Shown piece by piece: positions 1-9,798 of a DNA stretch of 64,000 bases (positions are counted from its first letter, which is position 1; each line of letters begins with the position of its first letter). The notes under the pieces were generated by a model that saw only the letters and a program-made list of their open reading frames with translations, was not told the origin of the DNA and searched no databases. A program made the translations under genes and the position numbers. Source of the DNA: Promethearchaeota archaeon (lineage in GTDB: Archaea; Asgardarchaeota; Lokiarchaeia; Sigyniarchaeales; SOKP01); contig JAUVXW010000002.1 of assembly GCA_030603385.1 (NCBI GenBank), forward strand, positions 116,145 to 180,144. The letters run 5' to 3'.

Positions 1-463
1 TTAAGGATCCTACAAAAATGGATGGGATTCTTAACTTTGTTAAAGCTTCTATGAATTCAGAATAAGTTAAAGTTGAGAAAAAGGACATAAATACAAATAA
101 TGCCCCAAGAACTCTTAAAATTGTTAGAGAAGCTAAAATTAATCCTTCCTTAAAAATTGTTATCGTAATTCCCATATTGAATTGATAAAGAACAATATCT
201 CCAACGTATAAAGGAATGAATATCGTTAGTAGAAATATAAAGGGAATGACTATTCTTAATCTTGAGAGTATTTCTATTATGTTTAATCTAAATATTAAAT
301 CAATAATAAAAATAATTAATAGAATAGAAACTATCAGATAAATATCATCTATAATGATAAAAGGTATTACAAAAATAAACGGTAAAATTAAACGAGTTAA
401 AGGGTGACTTTTTTTTAAATAAATTTTCTCATCTTCAAGTCTAAAAGGTAAGTTTATCTTCAA
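1..463 (-). CDS. cbiQ: ECF transporter transmembrane component CbiQ/NikQ (EcfT), partial, runs off window start
   Basis: Absent from ORF track; my translation from TTG at 463: MKINLPFRLEDEKIYLKKSHPLTRLILPF...TILRVLGALFVFMSFFSTLTYSEFIEALTKLRIPSIF (EcfT-like). Divergent from cbiM/nikM. Confidence 0.8.
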   Translation of the reverse strand, partial: MKINLPFRLEDEKIYLKKSHPLTRLILPFIFVIPFIIIDDIYLIVSILLIIFIIDLIFRLNIIEILSRLRIVIPFIFLLTIFIPLYVGDIVLYQFNMGITITIFKEGLILASLTILRVLGALFVFMSFFSTLTYSEFIEALTKLRIPSIFVGSL

Positions 464-510
464 AATTTAATCAACTTAACAAAAAATTTAAACAATTCAA
501 TCCGTCTTTT

Positions 511-591
511 TCATACTTTTTTTTAAAAAAAGTAATATTTAATAATTTTCATACTTTTTTATAATATAGTAACATTTTAATATATCATTAC
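511..591. promoter_or_regulatory. Putative metal-responsive (NikR-like) operator repeats in the divergent cbiQ/cbiM promoter
   Basis: TCATAC at 511 and 549, GTAATA at 532, GTAACA at 569, TCATTAC at 585; ~38 bp period; resembles GTATGA/TCATAC NikR half-sites. Confidence 0.45.
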
Positions 592-619
592 AAAAAAAAT
601 TAACTATTGTGTTTTAAAA

Positions 620-1639
620 ATGCATATACCAGATGGTTTATTAAATCCAACCACAATTATTTTCCTTTGGGTTATTGTTATAGTGGTAATGATTCTTGGA
701 TATTTTAAAATAGGGAAAATCTTTGAGAAAGAAGATTCTGAAAAATTAGTTCCCTATATTGGAGTATTGGCAGCAGTTATTTTTGCATTTCAATTTGTTA
801 ACTATCCTGTTCCTGGAGGAACTTCTGGTCATTTAATTGGAGGAACACTTATTGCTATTATATTGGGACCATGGGCTTCTGTTATAATTCTCTTCTTGGT
901 TTTAGTTGTACAGAGCTTATTTGGAGATGGAGGAATTCTTGCCATGGGAGCAAATGCTTTCAATATGGGAATAATTGGGGGAATAGTTGGATTCTATATT
1001 GTTGTATTTATTGTAAAAATCTTAAATAAAACATCTATTAGAAAAGAATTAAAAGTTTCTATTGCAACAGCGATTGGTGCGTATATTTCTATCATTTTAG
1101 CTGCGTTTATATGTGCTATTGAATTAGGTGTTTCTGGAGCAGTCCCTTATGGGATAGCAATTCCTGCAATGGTTTATTGGCACCTTTTGATTGGCATTGG
1201 TGAAGCAATTATATCTTCTTTAATAATATTCTATATTTATAGAGTGAAACCAGATCTTATTACAACAGAACCAATAATGATGAATAAAGTTATACTTATC
1301 AATATTTCTAAATATAAAAGACCTATTACTTCAACATTAGCTGTTACTGGGTTATTAATGCTGATGATAGCAGTTGGATTCACTATTGGGATATTATCTG
1401 GTGCGCCAGATGGATTAGAACGTGTATTGATCGATCAAAATGGTGAATCATGGTTAGATAATTTAGCATCTCCGTGGATACCTCTATTAAGTTGGATTAC
1501 AAATGATTATGGTGCCGCAATTATAGGTATTGTTATTTCTATTCTTATAATATCTTCTACTTTCTACTTAATCATCCGATATAAAAAAAAGAATACAAAT
1601 AATTCGTCTGCTTCTCACGATTTAATGAAAAATGCATGA
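620..1639 (+). CDS. cbiM: ECF Ni/Co substrate component CbiM/NikM fused to a NikN-like PDGLE domain
   Basis: N-terminal MHIPDG metal-binding motif, GGTSGHLIGG, GDGG...GAN; C-terminal APDGLE motif. Confidence 0.9.
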   Translation: MHIPDGLLNPTTIIFLWVIVIVVMILGYFKIGKIFEKEDSEKLVPYIGVLAAVIFAFQFVNYPVPGGTSGHLIGGTLIAIILGPWASVIILFLVLVVQSLFGDGGILAMGANAFNMGIIGGIVGFYIVVFIVKILNKTSIRKELKVSIATAIGAYISIILAAFICAIELGVSGAVPYGIAIPAMVYWHLLIGIGEAIISSLIIFYIYRVKPDLITTEPIMMNKVILINISKYKRPITSTLAVTGLLMLMIAVGFTIGILSGAPDGLERVLIDQNGESWLDNLASPWIPLLSWITNDYGAAIIGIVISILIISSTFYLIIRYKKKNTNNSSASHDLMKNA

Positions 1640-1813
1640 TCTTAATTTGAATTGTGGTTCTTAGGTTTCATTTCTATCTTTCTTTTTTTTATTTTTAATA
1701 ATTAATAAGATATTATTGAATAATTTAGAGCCCTATATTCAACTTTAAAATATCTAAATTAATTAATAAGAAAATTCTTGTTAATATAATAAAATTTACT
1801 TTAATTTCCTTCG

Positions 1814-2410
1814 ATGAATTTAATATTTTTTATTAAATCTGGAACAGTTAATCTCGATAACTATACTATTAAAGATATTCCAGGGTCTTCTGGCAGATTA
1901 GATGTAATTTCAAGGTGTATTCTAGCGGCTATACTAAGTACAGGAGATTTTGAAAAAAAAATTCAAATTTGGGTCTTTTTAGACAATTATGGTACATTCG
2001 TTTTTAACCCAGAATTATTAGATTATAGAAATTTTCCTAAAACTGAATTAATGTTAACAGACCATTTTGTAACCTTCCTATTAAAATCAAATTTAGGAGA
2101 AAAACCAAATTATAATCCACTTAATTCTGTTATAACATCAAACATGAGTATTATAGAAGCTATAAAAAAATTTCAAAAAATAAATTATAGGATATTTGCT
2201 TTAAAAGAAGATGGTAATGATTTTTTCAAGGTAAAAAGCAAAATTCAAGAGAAGAGGGAGATCTTATTTATTATTGGTAGTCAGGAAGATGAATTTCTTA
2301 ATTCAAAGGAATTATTAGCATTAAAAATTCCAACCATAAGTATTGGAAATCAATCATATTTAGCTTCTTCAGTTATTAGGTTGTTGAAATTACACATATT
2401 ATTATTATAA
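1814..2410 (+). CDS. trmY: tRNA pseudouridine-54 N1-methyltransferase (SPOUT family)
   Basis: DIPGSSGRLDVISRC motif; C-terminal SPOUT-knot-like FIIG...ISIGNQSYLAS. Confidence 0.8.
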   Translation: MNLIFFIKSGTVNLDNYTIKDIPGSSGRLDVISRCILAAILSTGDFEKKIQIWVFLDNYGTFVFNPELLDYRNFPKTELMLTDHFVTFLLKSNLGEKPNYNPLNSVITSNMSIIEAIKKFQKINYRIFALKEDGNDFFKVKSKIQEKREILFIIGSQEDEFLNSKELLALKIPTISIGNQSYLASSVIRLLKLHILLL

Positions 2411-2481
2411 TAAATTTTTTATTAGAGAGAAATTTTAAAAATATTAATCTAAATTATAGGATTTTAGGATTCAAAAAGGAA

Positions 2482-3177
2482 TTGAATGAGATAGAAGATT
2501 CAAATAAAAGAGCTCGACAGAGAGAATTTTCAAGTAGATTTATTAATCGCCCAGTGGAATTTTTAATTAAACATAATATTACACCTAATAAGATTTCTTA
2601 TATAGGATTCATCTGTTCAATAGTTGCATCATTATTAATTGCGATATTTGGATTGTATTTTTCTGTATGGCTTTCTTGGATTATTCCTTCTATAATGGGA
2701 ATAGGTGGTGCTATGGATTTATTTGATGGAGAAGTAGCAAGAAGAACAGATAAAGAAACTCAAACTGGTGCATTTTTAGATTCGAATTTAGATAGACTTT
2801 CTGATGCTATTTGTGTTTTGGGTTTAATTTATGGAGGTTTGCTAAACTATTTATTAGGTTATATTATTTTATTTTTAGTTATTATGATTTCTTATGTACG
2901 TTCAAGAGCTGAAAATGAGGGTGTTAATATGAAAGGAATCGGTTTTATGGAACGAGCTGAACGGGTCCTATTTTTACTTTTTGCTATAATTGGAGAACTA
3001 ATATTTTATTTTGTAACATCCCTTTCATTAGGTAAACCTATAACAATTGCTATCCCTTTTATCACTAGAGTAGCAGTCACACCAGTTTTTCTTATCAGCA
3101 TAATCATTTATACTTTTACCTTAATTTATACGGTCCTACAAAGATTAAGTTATACTTTTAAGAATTTAGACAGCTAA
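2482..3177 (+). CDS. CDP-alcohol phosphatidyltransferase (archaetidylinositol-phosphate synthase-like)
   Basis: TPN motif and DLFDGEVAR...GAFLDSNLDRLSD signature; SYVRSRAE and GFMERAER. Confidence 0.9.
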   Translation: MNEIEDSNKRARQREFSSRFINRPVEFLIKHNITPNKISYIGFICSIVASLLIAIFGLYFSVWLSWIIPSIMGIGGAMDLFDGEVARRTDKETQTGAFLDSNLDRLSDAICVLGLIYGGLLNYLLGYIILFLVIMISYVRSRAENEGVNMKGIGFMERAERVLFLLFAIIGELIFYFVTSLSLGKPITIAIPFITRVAVTPVFLISIIIYTFTLIYTVLQRLSYTFKNLDS

Positions 3178-3340
3178 AATCCAAATCATACTAAGATATA
3201 GTCAAATCTATAAAATTTTTTACCTCCTATTCATTTTCGAAATTTACTATGCTTAAGGATAAATTTTTTAAGTTTTATCTAATTCAATTTCATTAGAGAT
3301 ATTAAAAATAATAAGATAAAATTAAAACTAGCTGATTTAT

Positions 3341-3613
3341 ATTCCGAAAAAAAGAAAAAGTGGCGGAAAAACAGGAAGCCGGAAGGGCCAGGATCATAAA
3401 GTTCAATGCTATAAATGTGGTCGATTTGTTGCTCGTAGTAAAGCTAAAGCTGTTACAAGAAGAACATCTTTAGTTGATGGTAGAATGTATGCTGAATTAA
3501 AAAAAGCAGGTACAATAATAATGGGTTCTTCTTCGACTAAATACTACTGTATTAGCTGCGCAATTCACAGCCATCAAATAAGCCAACGAGATAAAAGTTT
3601 AAGAAAACAATAA
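3341..3613 (+). CDS. rps26e: 30S ribosomal protein eS26 (S26e), non-canonical start
   Basis: Missing from ORF track; ATT CCG AAA... gives (M)PKKRKSGGKTGSRKGQDHKVQCYKCGRFVARSKAK...YYCISCAIHSHQISQRDKSLRKQ*, with the CxxC...CxxCAIH signature of eS26. Confidence 0.92.
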   Translation: MPKKRKSGGKTGSRKGQDHKVQCYKCGRFVARSKAKAVTRRTSLVDGRMYAELKKAGTIIMGSSSTKYYCISCAIHSHQISQRDKSLRKQ

Positions 3614-3665
3614 CAGTTATAAAGTTAACTTTATTTTTTATTGCTTTTTTTGACAGAAAAACTTT

Positions 3666-5657
3666 TCACAAATTCAATTGTTTAAAGAAAGTTGGAAGAG
3701 TATAGTTAATCTTAACTTGATTTTTTTGAGTAGTTTCAATAATAGCGCGGATTAAATAATCGTTTTTCAAATCTTCATCAGGTTCATAAATTTTTACTTT
3801 TGCTGTCGGTTTTATTTTGAGAGTATAATTTTCTGCTATTCCAGTAACATTTTCATTTGTCTTTACTATAACTCCTAATAAACCTAATTCATAATGAGAC
3901 ACTATAAAAAGTATTTGGTTTTGATTACTAGAGCTTTTTTCAAAATAGACTACTTCAAGGAAATCTTCTTTAAGTTCTTTAGGTAATTTTGAAAAGGGGA
4001 TAACTTTCTTCTTCCCGGTGATATAAGGGAATGGTGTATAAAATAATTGATTAAAACTTGAGATTTTTTTTATTTGTTCATTATATTTTTCCACATCTTT
4101 AATTGAATATGCCTTATCTAATAAAAGATCCAACTTATCAACCATATCTTCTGCTGAATAACCGGCTAATACGGTGGCAATATATGATCTCTTGAGTTTC
4201 TCAATTAAAATTTCGCTTTTTAATGTCAATTTATAATCAATAGAGACTTCTAATGCTTGATTATATAAATTTGCCGCAATTTGAGAATGTCCTAAAGCTA
4301 AGAAGTAATCACCGAGTTCACTAAATACTATAATAGCATCAAGAAAGTTTTCATCTAGATCCATGTTTGAAATTTCTTCCATTATTAGCATTGCTGTTTC
4401 TTTATCTTCACCTTGCATGTATAGAGCTATAGCTTTTCCTATTAAACATTTTAATTTTAATCTGTCATCTTCATAAATTTCTGCTAACTCCTCGGTAAAG
4501 TTGTATTGCATGATTGCATTTCTATACAATCCGTGAAAAATGTAGATTAAAGCTTTAACATAATTAAGAGTTAAACATGTTTTATGATTATGGATAATTG
4601 TTGAAAATAAAGCTGCTCTATCAAGTGAGCTGATAGCCGAATTAATTCTACCAAGTGATACTAATAAAAATGCTCGTAAAAACTCCATTTTGCTGATCTC
4701 TGAGCAAATAAGTTGTTCAACGACTTCATAATCTTTAGTTTTTGTTAACTGCCCTGACGCAACTTGAAGTAACGATATTAAAAACCTATTTCCCTTTTTC
4801 AAATGTTTTACTGCTTCTTTTGATTCACTTTTTACGATAGCGTCTTTTGCTCTGTTCATGTATTCTCTAGAAATTTTTAAATTCTCAAGGAATTTTATAA
4901 TACCCAGTACTTGCTCTTCTTCACTCTTGGGGAGATCTTGGTTAGTGATAAACTTTTCAGCAATATTAATCTCTTCTAAATACCTAGAGGCACCAATTTC
5001 AAATTTCATACCAACATCTGGGTTCTCTAATTCAACATCTTGCGTCAATATCGAGTCTTCGGTAACCGTAATTGCTTTTTCAATTAGCCAAGTAATCTTT
5101 TGTTCAGCAGGATAGGTTTTAGAACGTTCAATCATATAGGATAATGTATAATTTAGACTTCTCTTCCAAATATCTTTGAAATATTTTCTCATTTGAGAAT
5201 TAGTGGTTGTTCTCTGTATCTTTAGAAGGAAACTCGAAAGAGATAATATATTAATTCTTCCTTTGTAGAGTAAGCTAGTATTTTTTACAAGCTTAAAATC
5301 GTCTGTTACTAGGTGAATAGGAAAGGATTCTCCATCATCTATTAAATTTTTCGCAATGTAAACCAATGAAAGATCTGGATCCTGGGCGGGAAATCTTATG
5401 TTATATGGAATGAGATCATTCTTTATATCATCAATTTCTATAGGTAATATCTCTTTTACATTCAACATTTGCCGTAGTTTGTCTTTATAGGTGTGCGGAG
5501 CTTTTATTTCATTAAATACTACTTCAGAGATATAATATTCATAACCTAACTCTTTCGCTGCTTTTTCTAAATTTCCTAAAATATTTCGAGCTCTAATTTG
5601 AAGCATACAAATGAAGAAATTAGCATCAAATACAACGTATTCTTTTTTGTCGGGCAT
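3666..5657 (-). CDS. PIN-domain ribonuclease fused to TPR-like helical repeats and an unknown C-terminal beta domain
   Basis: VVFDANFF...NEI...DPDLSL...LVTDD acidic PIN tetrad; central TPR-like helices (ELGDYFLALGHSQIAANLYNQALE). Confidence 0.65.
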   Translation of the reverse strand: MPDKKEYVVFDANFFICMLQIRARNILGNLEKAAKELGYEYYISEVVFNEIKAPHTYKDKLRQMLNVKEILPIEIDDIKNDLIPYNIRFPAQDPDLSLVYIAKNLIDDGESFPIHLVTDDFKLVKNTSLLYKGRINILSLSSFLLKIQRTTTNSQMRKYFKDIWKRSLNYTLSYMIERSKTYPAEQKITWLIEKAITVTEDSILTQDVELENPDVGMKFEIGASRYLEEINIAEKFITNQDLPKSEEEQVLGIIKFLENLKISREYMNRAKDAIVKSESKEAVKHLKKGNRFLISLLQVASGQLTKTKDYEVVEQLICSEISKMEFLRAFLLVSLGRINSAISSLDRAALFSTIIHNHKTCLTLNYVKALIYIFHGLYRNAIMQYNFTEELAEIYEDDRLKLKCLIGKAIALYMQGEDKETAMLIMEEISNMDLDENFLDAIIVFSELGDYFLALGHSQIAANLYNQALEVSIDYKLTLKSEILIEKLKRSYIATVLAGYSAEDMVDKLDLLLDKAYSIKDVEKYNEQIKKISSFNQLFYTPFPYITGKKKVIPFSKLPKELKEDFLEVVYFEKSSSNQNQILFIVSHYELGLLGVIVKTNENVTGIAENYTLKIKPTAKVKIYEPDEDLKNDYLIRAIIETTQKNQVKINYTLPTFFKQLNL

Positions 5658-5805
5658 CTGCGCTCGATAGTATTTTGAATTCTACATAAAAATCTTAATT
5701 AAATAAATATATATTAAATAGTAAAATATTATAATGTTTTTTTATTGCTAAGAATAAAAATAATTAAGAAAACTTGAATTTTATTTGTAGATTAAATTTA
5801 CAAAT

Positions 5806-6321
5806 GTGGTTATTATTAGAATTATTGATGTTATAGGATATTCTGGCACGGGGAAGACATACTTTATTAAGAATGCGATAAAATTGTTCAAAGACAGGTT
5901 GGGTAATAACGTTACAGTAATTAAAAATATTAAACACCATCAAATTGATAAGAAAGGAAAGGATTCCCATATATTCACAGAATCTGGAGCATCTTATTCA
6001 ATAATTCAAAACCTCAATAAAGAAATGGCTATTTTTTTAAATGCAGAAGAGATTAGATTAGACGAATTTATTAATTGGTTGGATCGAGGTCCTTATGAAA
6101 TTGATATAATGTTTACTGAAGGATTTAGGGATTTGAACCATCCCACAGTTCTATGTATAAGCAACATAGATGAGATTGAACCTCAATTAACAGATAACGT
6201 GAAAATGATTTCTGGAATTATTTGTGGAAAAAATGTTATTGAAAACATAACTTTGGGTGTACCTATTATTAATATAGAAGAAGACTTTCAGAGATTTTTA
6301 GAAATTTTTAATATAACATAA
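5806..6321 (+). CDS. mobB: Molybdopterin-guanine dinucleotide biosynthesis protein B
   Basis: GYSGTGKT Walker A, DKKGKDS, TEGF motifs. Confidence 0.85.
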   Translation: MVIIRIIDVIGYSGTGKTYFIKNAIKLFKDRLGNNVTVIKNIKHHQIDKKGKDSHIFTESGASYSIIQNLNKEMAIFLNAEEIRLDEFINWLDRGPYEIDIMFTEGFRDLNHPTVLCISNIDEIEPQLTDNVKMISGIICGKNVIENITLGVPIINIEEDFQRFLEIFNIT

Positions 6322-6323
6322 GA

Positions 6324-8246
6324 TTATGCAAATTTTTTCCAAAAAGGAGCAATTTGTTGACAAACAAACTTAAAATCTTTTATTGTTTGCTCATCTTCAA
6401 TATCTGATATGAAAAATTCACTTAATTTTTCGTATACGTCGATCTCATTTAAGGATCTAACAGCGTTTTTAATATTTAAGATAAAATTATTTAATGGAAT
6501 AATTATTTCATAAATTAGCCATTCTTCGAAAAAGGGTTGATCTGAAAATGATTGAATATTATAAGTGATCATAATTTGCAATAGCTCTTCATCAGAGTAA
6601 AAATGTTCATCTGAAATCATAATGTTATACTTTTCCATTTCCTTCTTAAGATATTCTTTATTTAAACTAATTATATAGTCAGGCCATACATCATCTGAGT
6701 AGTTTATATCTTGGAAAACAAATAACTCTAATACTCTTAGAGCAATATTTTTACCAATATAACGACTCCGGGGATCGATAAAGTTTGAAGAAGCATCATC
6801 TGGATTAGATCTAAGAAAAATCTTATCTATTAAAACATAAAGAATTCTACAAATATGATCAACAATTTTATTGAATGAGAAAGGTGTATTCTCAGGATTT
6901 TCAGAAAGGATGGTATTTTCTTTATCAAGTTTCATTGAAAAATCTGTATTGAAGCTCTTTAAAAAAGTTTTAAAAAAGCCATAGTTAAGCTCTGATATAT
7001 TTTTATTAAATAATTTATGAAAAAATAGATCAATGTTTTTAATATTTGATAAAGTAGAGAAGAAGTCGAGAAATTCTTTTATATTATTAATCGAATTAGC
7101 ACTAATAACATCTTCAATATTCTTATTATGATTATTCAAATTAGTTTTAAACTTATTAGGTAAGAAAAGTAAATCTCCTATTTCTAACGCTTCTAAGCCA
7201 CTTCCAAAATAATATTTCATATATAGAAAGAATAAGTTTAATTGAGATTTCGGAGATGGGAGGTTATTTGCTTGAAATGTTGAATAAAGGGTTGATTTTT
7301 TATCAAGATAATTAAAAAATTTAAGTAGAGAATTCTTTTTAGTTTCACTATAATCGTCCAGATTGGCTAAAAATCCTTTCTTTATAATATCAATTTTAGA
7401 AAAGATAGAATCTTCTACTCTAGATCCAACAAAATTAAAGAAGTCTAACAGAGGTGAAAAACTTTCTAGCAAAATGCATTTTTTGTAAAAATAATAAAGT
7501 AAATCAACCAATTTCTCCTTAGCATATATATATTCATCTAAAGCTGTTTGATATAACTTTTCTCTTCCTTCTAGTAATATTTTATAATATTTTTCAGGAA
7601 TGCCTTTAAATCGTCTTAAGAAGTAATAGAGGACCATGTTATAATATTTGTGGAAAATTTCATCCTTACTATCCTTTATGATAATCATAAAATTTAGAGT
7701 TTCACTATTATTACCTTTCTCAACTTTAACACCATCAAGTAAAATAAAGATTTTTTCTTGAATTGTCTTTCTAATCACTATTCCTAAGATTCTAACAATG
7801 AAATAAAAGTAACCAGTAGGAAATGTAAATCCATTAAGAAGTTCCCCCTCAAAATCTTTGGAAGTCTTATCAAAATAGTCAATTTCTTCAGAGGATAGGA
7901 AATAATTATATTCTAAAAATAAAAATTTCTCAGAGATTTTCTCTTTTATGATTAATTCTAATGAGCTCTCGTTAAATCCAAAAAAAAATTGTAGAAAATA
8001 TCTAAAGAAATCATGAAAATTTTCATAGAAAAAAGTTGTAAAGGTTTTTTTTATTACTCTTTTTTGGTTCTTTTGATTAAATTCATCCCATCTTAACCTT
8101 ATATCATCTTGAAAGTCTTTAAATTTCTCTTTTTTCCTTTCTAATATTTCCAAAAACACATTTGTCTCAAATCTTAGGCCAAAATCTTGACCTTTAATTT
8201 TTTCTTCTAGGAAATCTAAGATATCGCTTAGTTTTTTGTTAACCAA
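6324..8246 (-). CDS. Large hypothetical helical protein
   Basis: 640-aa ORF, F/Y/L-rich; no motif recognised. Confidence 0.7.
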   Translation of the reverse strand: MVNKKLSDILDFLEEKIKGQDFGLRFETNVFLEILERKKEKFKDFQDDIRLRWDEFNQKNQKRVIKKTFTTFFYENFHDFFRYFLQFFFGFNESSLELIIKEKISEKFLFLEYNYFLSSEEIDYFDKTSKDFEGELLNGFTFPTGYFYFIVRILGIVIRKTIQEKIFILLDGVKVEKGNNSETLNFMIIIKDSKDEIFHKYYNMVLYYFLRRFKGIPEKYYKILLEGREKLYQTALDEYIYAKEKLVDLLYYFYKKCILLESFSPLLDFFNFVGSRVEDSIFSKIDIIKKGFLANLDDYSETKKNSLLKFFNYLDKKSTLYSTFQANNLPSPKSQLNLFFLYMKYYFGSGLEALEIGDLLFLPNKFKTNLNNHNKNIEDVISANSINNIKEFLDFFSTLSNIKNIDLFFHKLFNKNISELNYGFFKTFLKSFNTDFSMKLDKENTILSENPENTPFSFNKIVDHICRILYVLIDKIFLRSNPDDASSNFIDPRSRYIGKNIALRVLELFVFQDINYSDDVWPDYIISLNKEYLKKEMEKYNIMISDEHFYSDEELLQIMITYNIQSFSDQPFFEEWLIYEIIIPLNNFILNIKNAVRSLNEIDVYEKLSEFFISDIEDEQTIKDFKFVCQQIAPFWKKFA

Positions 8247-8396
8247 ATTTAATCATTTATTTATTCAATCTCAATATATATTCGAAACTATATAACCCTA
8301 AAAAAATAAAGTTAATTATTAATAAAATAAAAATATGAAAATAAAAATATTGGTTAATGATAGAATTGTACTAAAATAGGTCCATTTTGTTATAAT

Positions 8397-9425
8397 TTAA
8401 AAAATTTTTGTTATCTCATCAGTTTCAGAATAAAATAATGGATTTAACTTTCCATCATTCTCTTTAATCATCAAACCTTTCTCTTTATTGATGAAATTGC
8501 CAATTTTTTCAGCATTAATTTGATTGTTTCTCAATAAATCAATTAAGTCCTGACTTAAATCATCATCTATAGCAATTAATAGTGATCCTGATGAAATGGT
8601 ACCCATAGGCTCCAAATCAAAAATTTTACTTAATATTGAAGGTTCAGGGAGAATAGTAACCTTTTCTCTTTCAATTAATATTCCTGTATTTGATGCGATG
8701 GCCATTTCAGCGAGGCCCGTAGCGAGTCCCCCTTCAGTTGGATCATGAAAGGCTTTAATATTAAAGCTTTTATTAGCCAATAATGCTTCTTTAAATACAC
8801 TTATTCCTGGTTCGTAAAGATATTTCTTACATTTTTCTATAAAAGTTGAATTAAGTCCCTTTTCTTTGAGCTTACTTTCTCTTTCACGACTAATTATTGA
8901 AGTCCCCTCAATAAAAATACCTTTTGTGAGAATTATTGCATCCCCTAGCTCTGCTCCAGATGTTCGAACAAGTTTTTCTTTTTCAACCTCTCCTAATAAA
9001 GAACCAATTACCATTGGCCTATCAAGTTTAGGTGTAATTTCCGTATGTCCCCCGATTACAGCTATTCCCATAGATTTACAAGTATCATGAATATCTTTAA
9101 ATATCTTCTCAATTAGGCTATTCGTTGTATTTTTTTGAGGTAATAAAATTGTTGCCTGGAACCATTTAGGTTTAGCTCCAGTGCAAACAACATCATTAAC
9201 ATTAACATGTACGACATAATACCCAATTTGATCAGTAGCAAAAGTAATTGGATCAGTTTTAGCAACTAAATAGTTATTACCGGGTATGTCAATAACAGCA
9301 GCATCTTCTCCAATTTTAGAGCCTAATACTACTCTATCGTCATTAATTTCTAAATTTGAAAGTAGTTTAACTAAATATTCATGTTTAAGCTTCCCAAGAG
9401 CAAATTTTTTACTATTTCTTCTCAT
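8397..9425 (-). CDS. AIR synthase/HypE-like (PurM superfamily) protein
   Basis: GKL N-terminus, GEDAAV, KTDPIT, VNDV, GGHTE, HDPTEGG motifs. Confidence 0.85.
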   Translation of the reverse strand: MRRNSKKFALGKLKHEYLVKLLSNLEINDDRVVLGSKIGEDAAVIDIPGNNYLVAKTDPITFATDQIGYYVVHVNVNDVVCTGAKPKWFQATILLPQKNTTNSLIEKIFKDIHDTCKSMGIAVIGGHTEITPKLDRPMVIGSLLGEVEKEKLVRTSGAELGDAIILTKGIFIEGTSIISRERESKLKEKGLNSTFIEKCKKYLYEPGISVFKEALLANKSFNIKAFHDPTEGGLATGLAEMAIASNTGILIEREKVTILPEPSILSKIFDLEPMGTISSGSLLIAIDDDLSQDLIDLLRNNQINAEKIGNFINKEKGLMIKENDGKLNPLFYSETDEITKIF

Positions 9426-9550
9426 TAATTGGTCAATATAATAAGAGAAGATAAATATTTAAATTTTGGAGGTGTAATTTGAAATGTGATAATCGTCCAT
9501 TTAATTCTCTTCTAACATTTTTAAAATATTAAAATAATTTCAATATATTT

Positions 9551-9713
9551 TTTTAGTGTGTTAGGGTAAAGTTGAATTTTAATACTATAAAGCCCTTATC
9601 CAAATGGATATTTAAGAATAATTTTAAATAGAAATTAATTAAATCTTTGATTTAGCAAGAAATTGAACATTGATTTCAAAAAACGTGAATTTGCCTTTTA
9701 TCCTACACTAAAA
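9551..9713 (+). ncRNA. Candidate structured intergenic RNA/element A
   Basis: 17-bp terminal stem (9551-9570 with 9697-9713; 3-nt bulge, one G-U) enclosing three short hairpins; TATA-like TTTAAAAT at 9520-9527. Confidence 0.35.
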
Positions 9714-9798
9714 TTTAAAAATAAATTACATTTATATCATAATAAAATGCATTCTTAATCAAATATAATTAATAGAAAAGATCATTTAAAAAACGAGT

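Noticed and set aside
8397-9425. Selenophosphate synthetase (SelD) and selenoproteins, expected in Lokiarchaeia
   Set aside because: No N-terminal Cys/Sec-x-x-Lys motif. TGA-ended ORFs in the window end at normal family lengths and the redox motifs use Cys codons.
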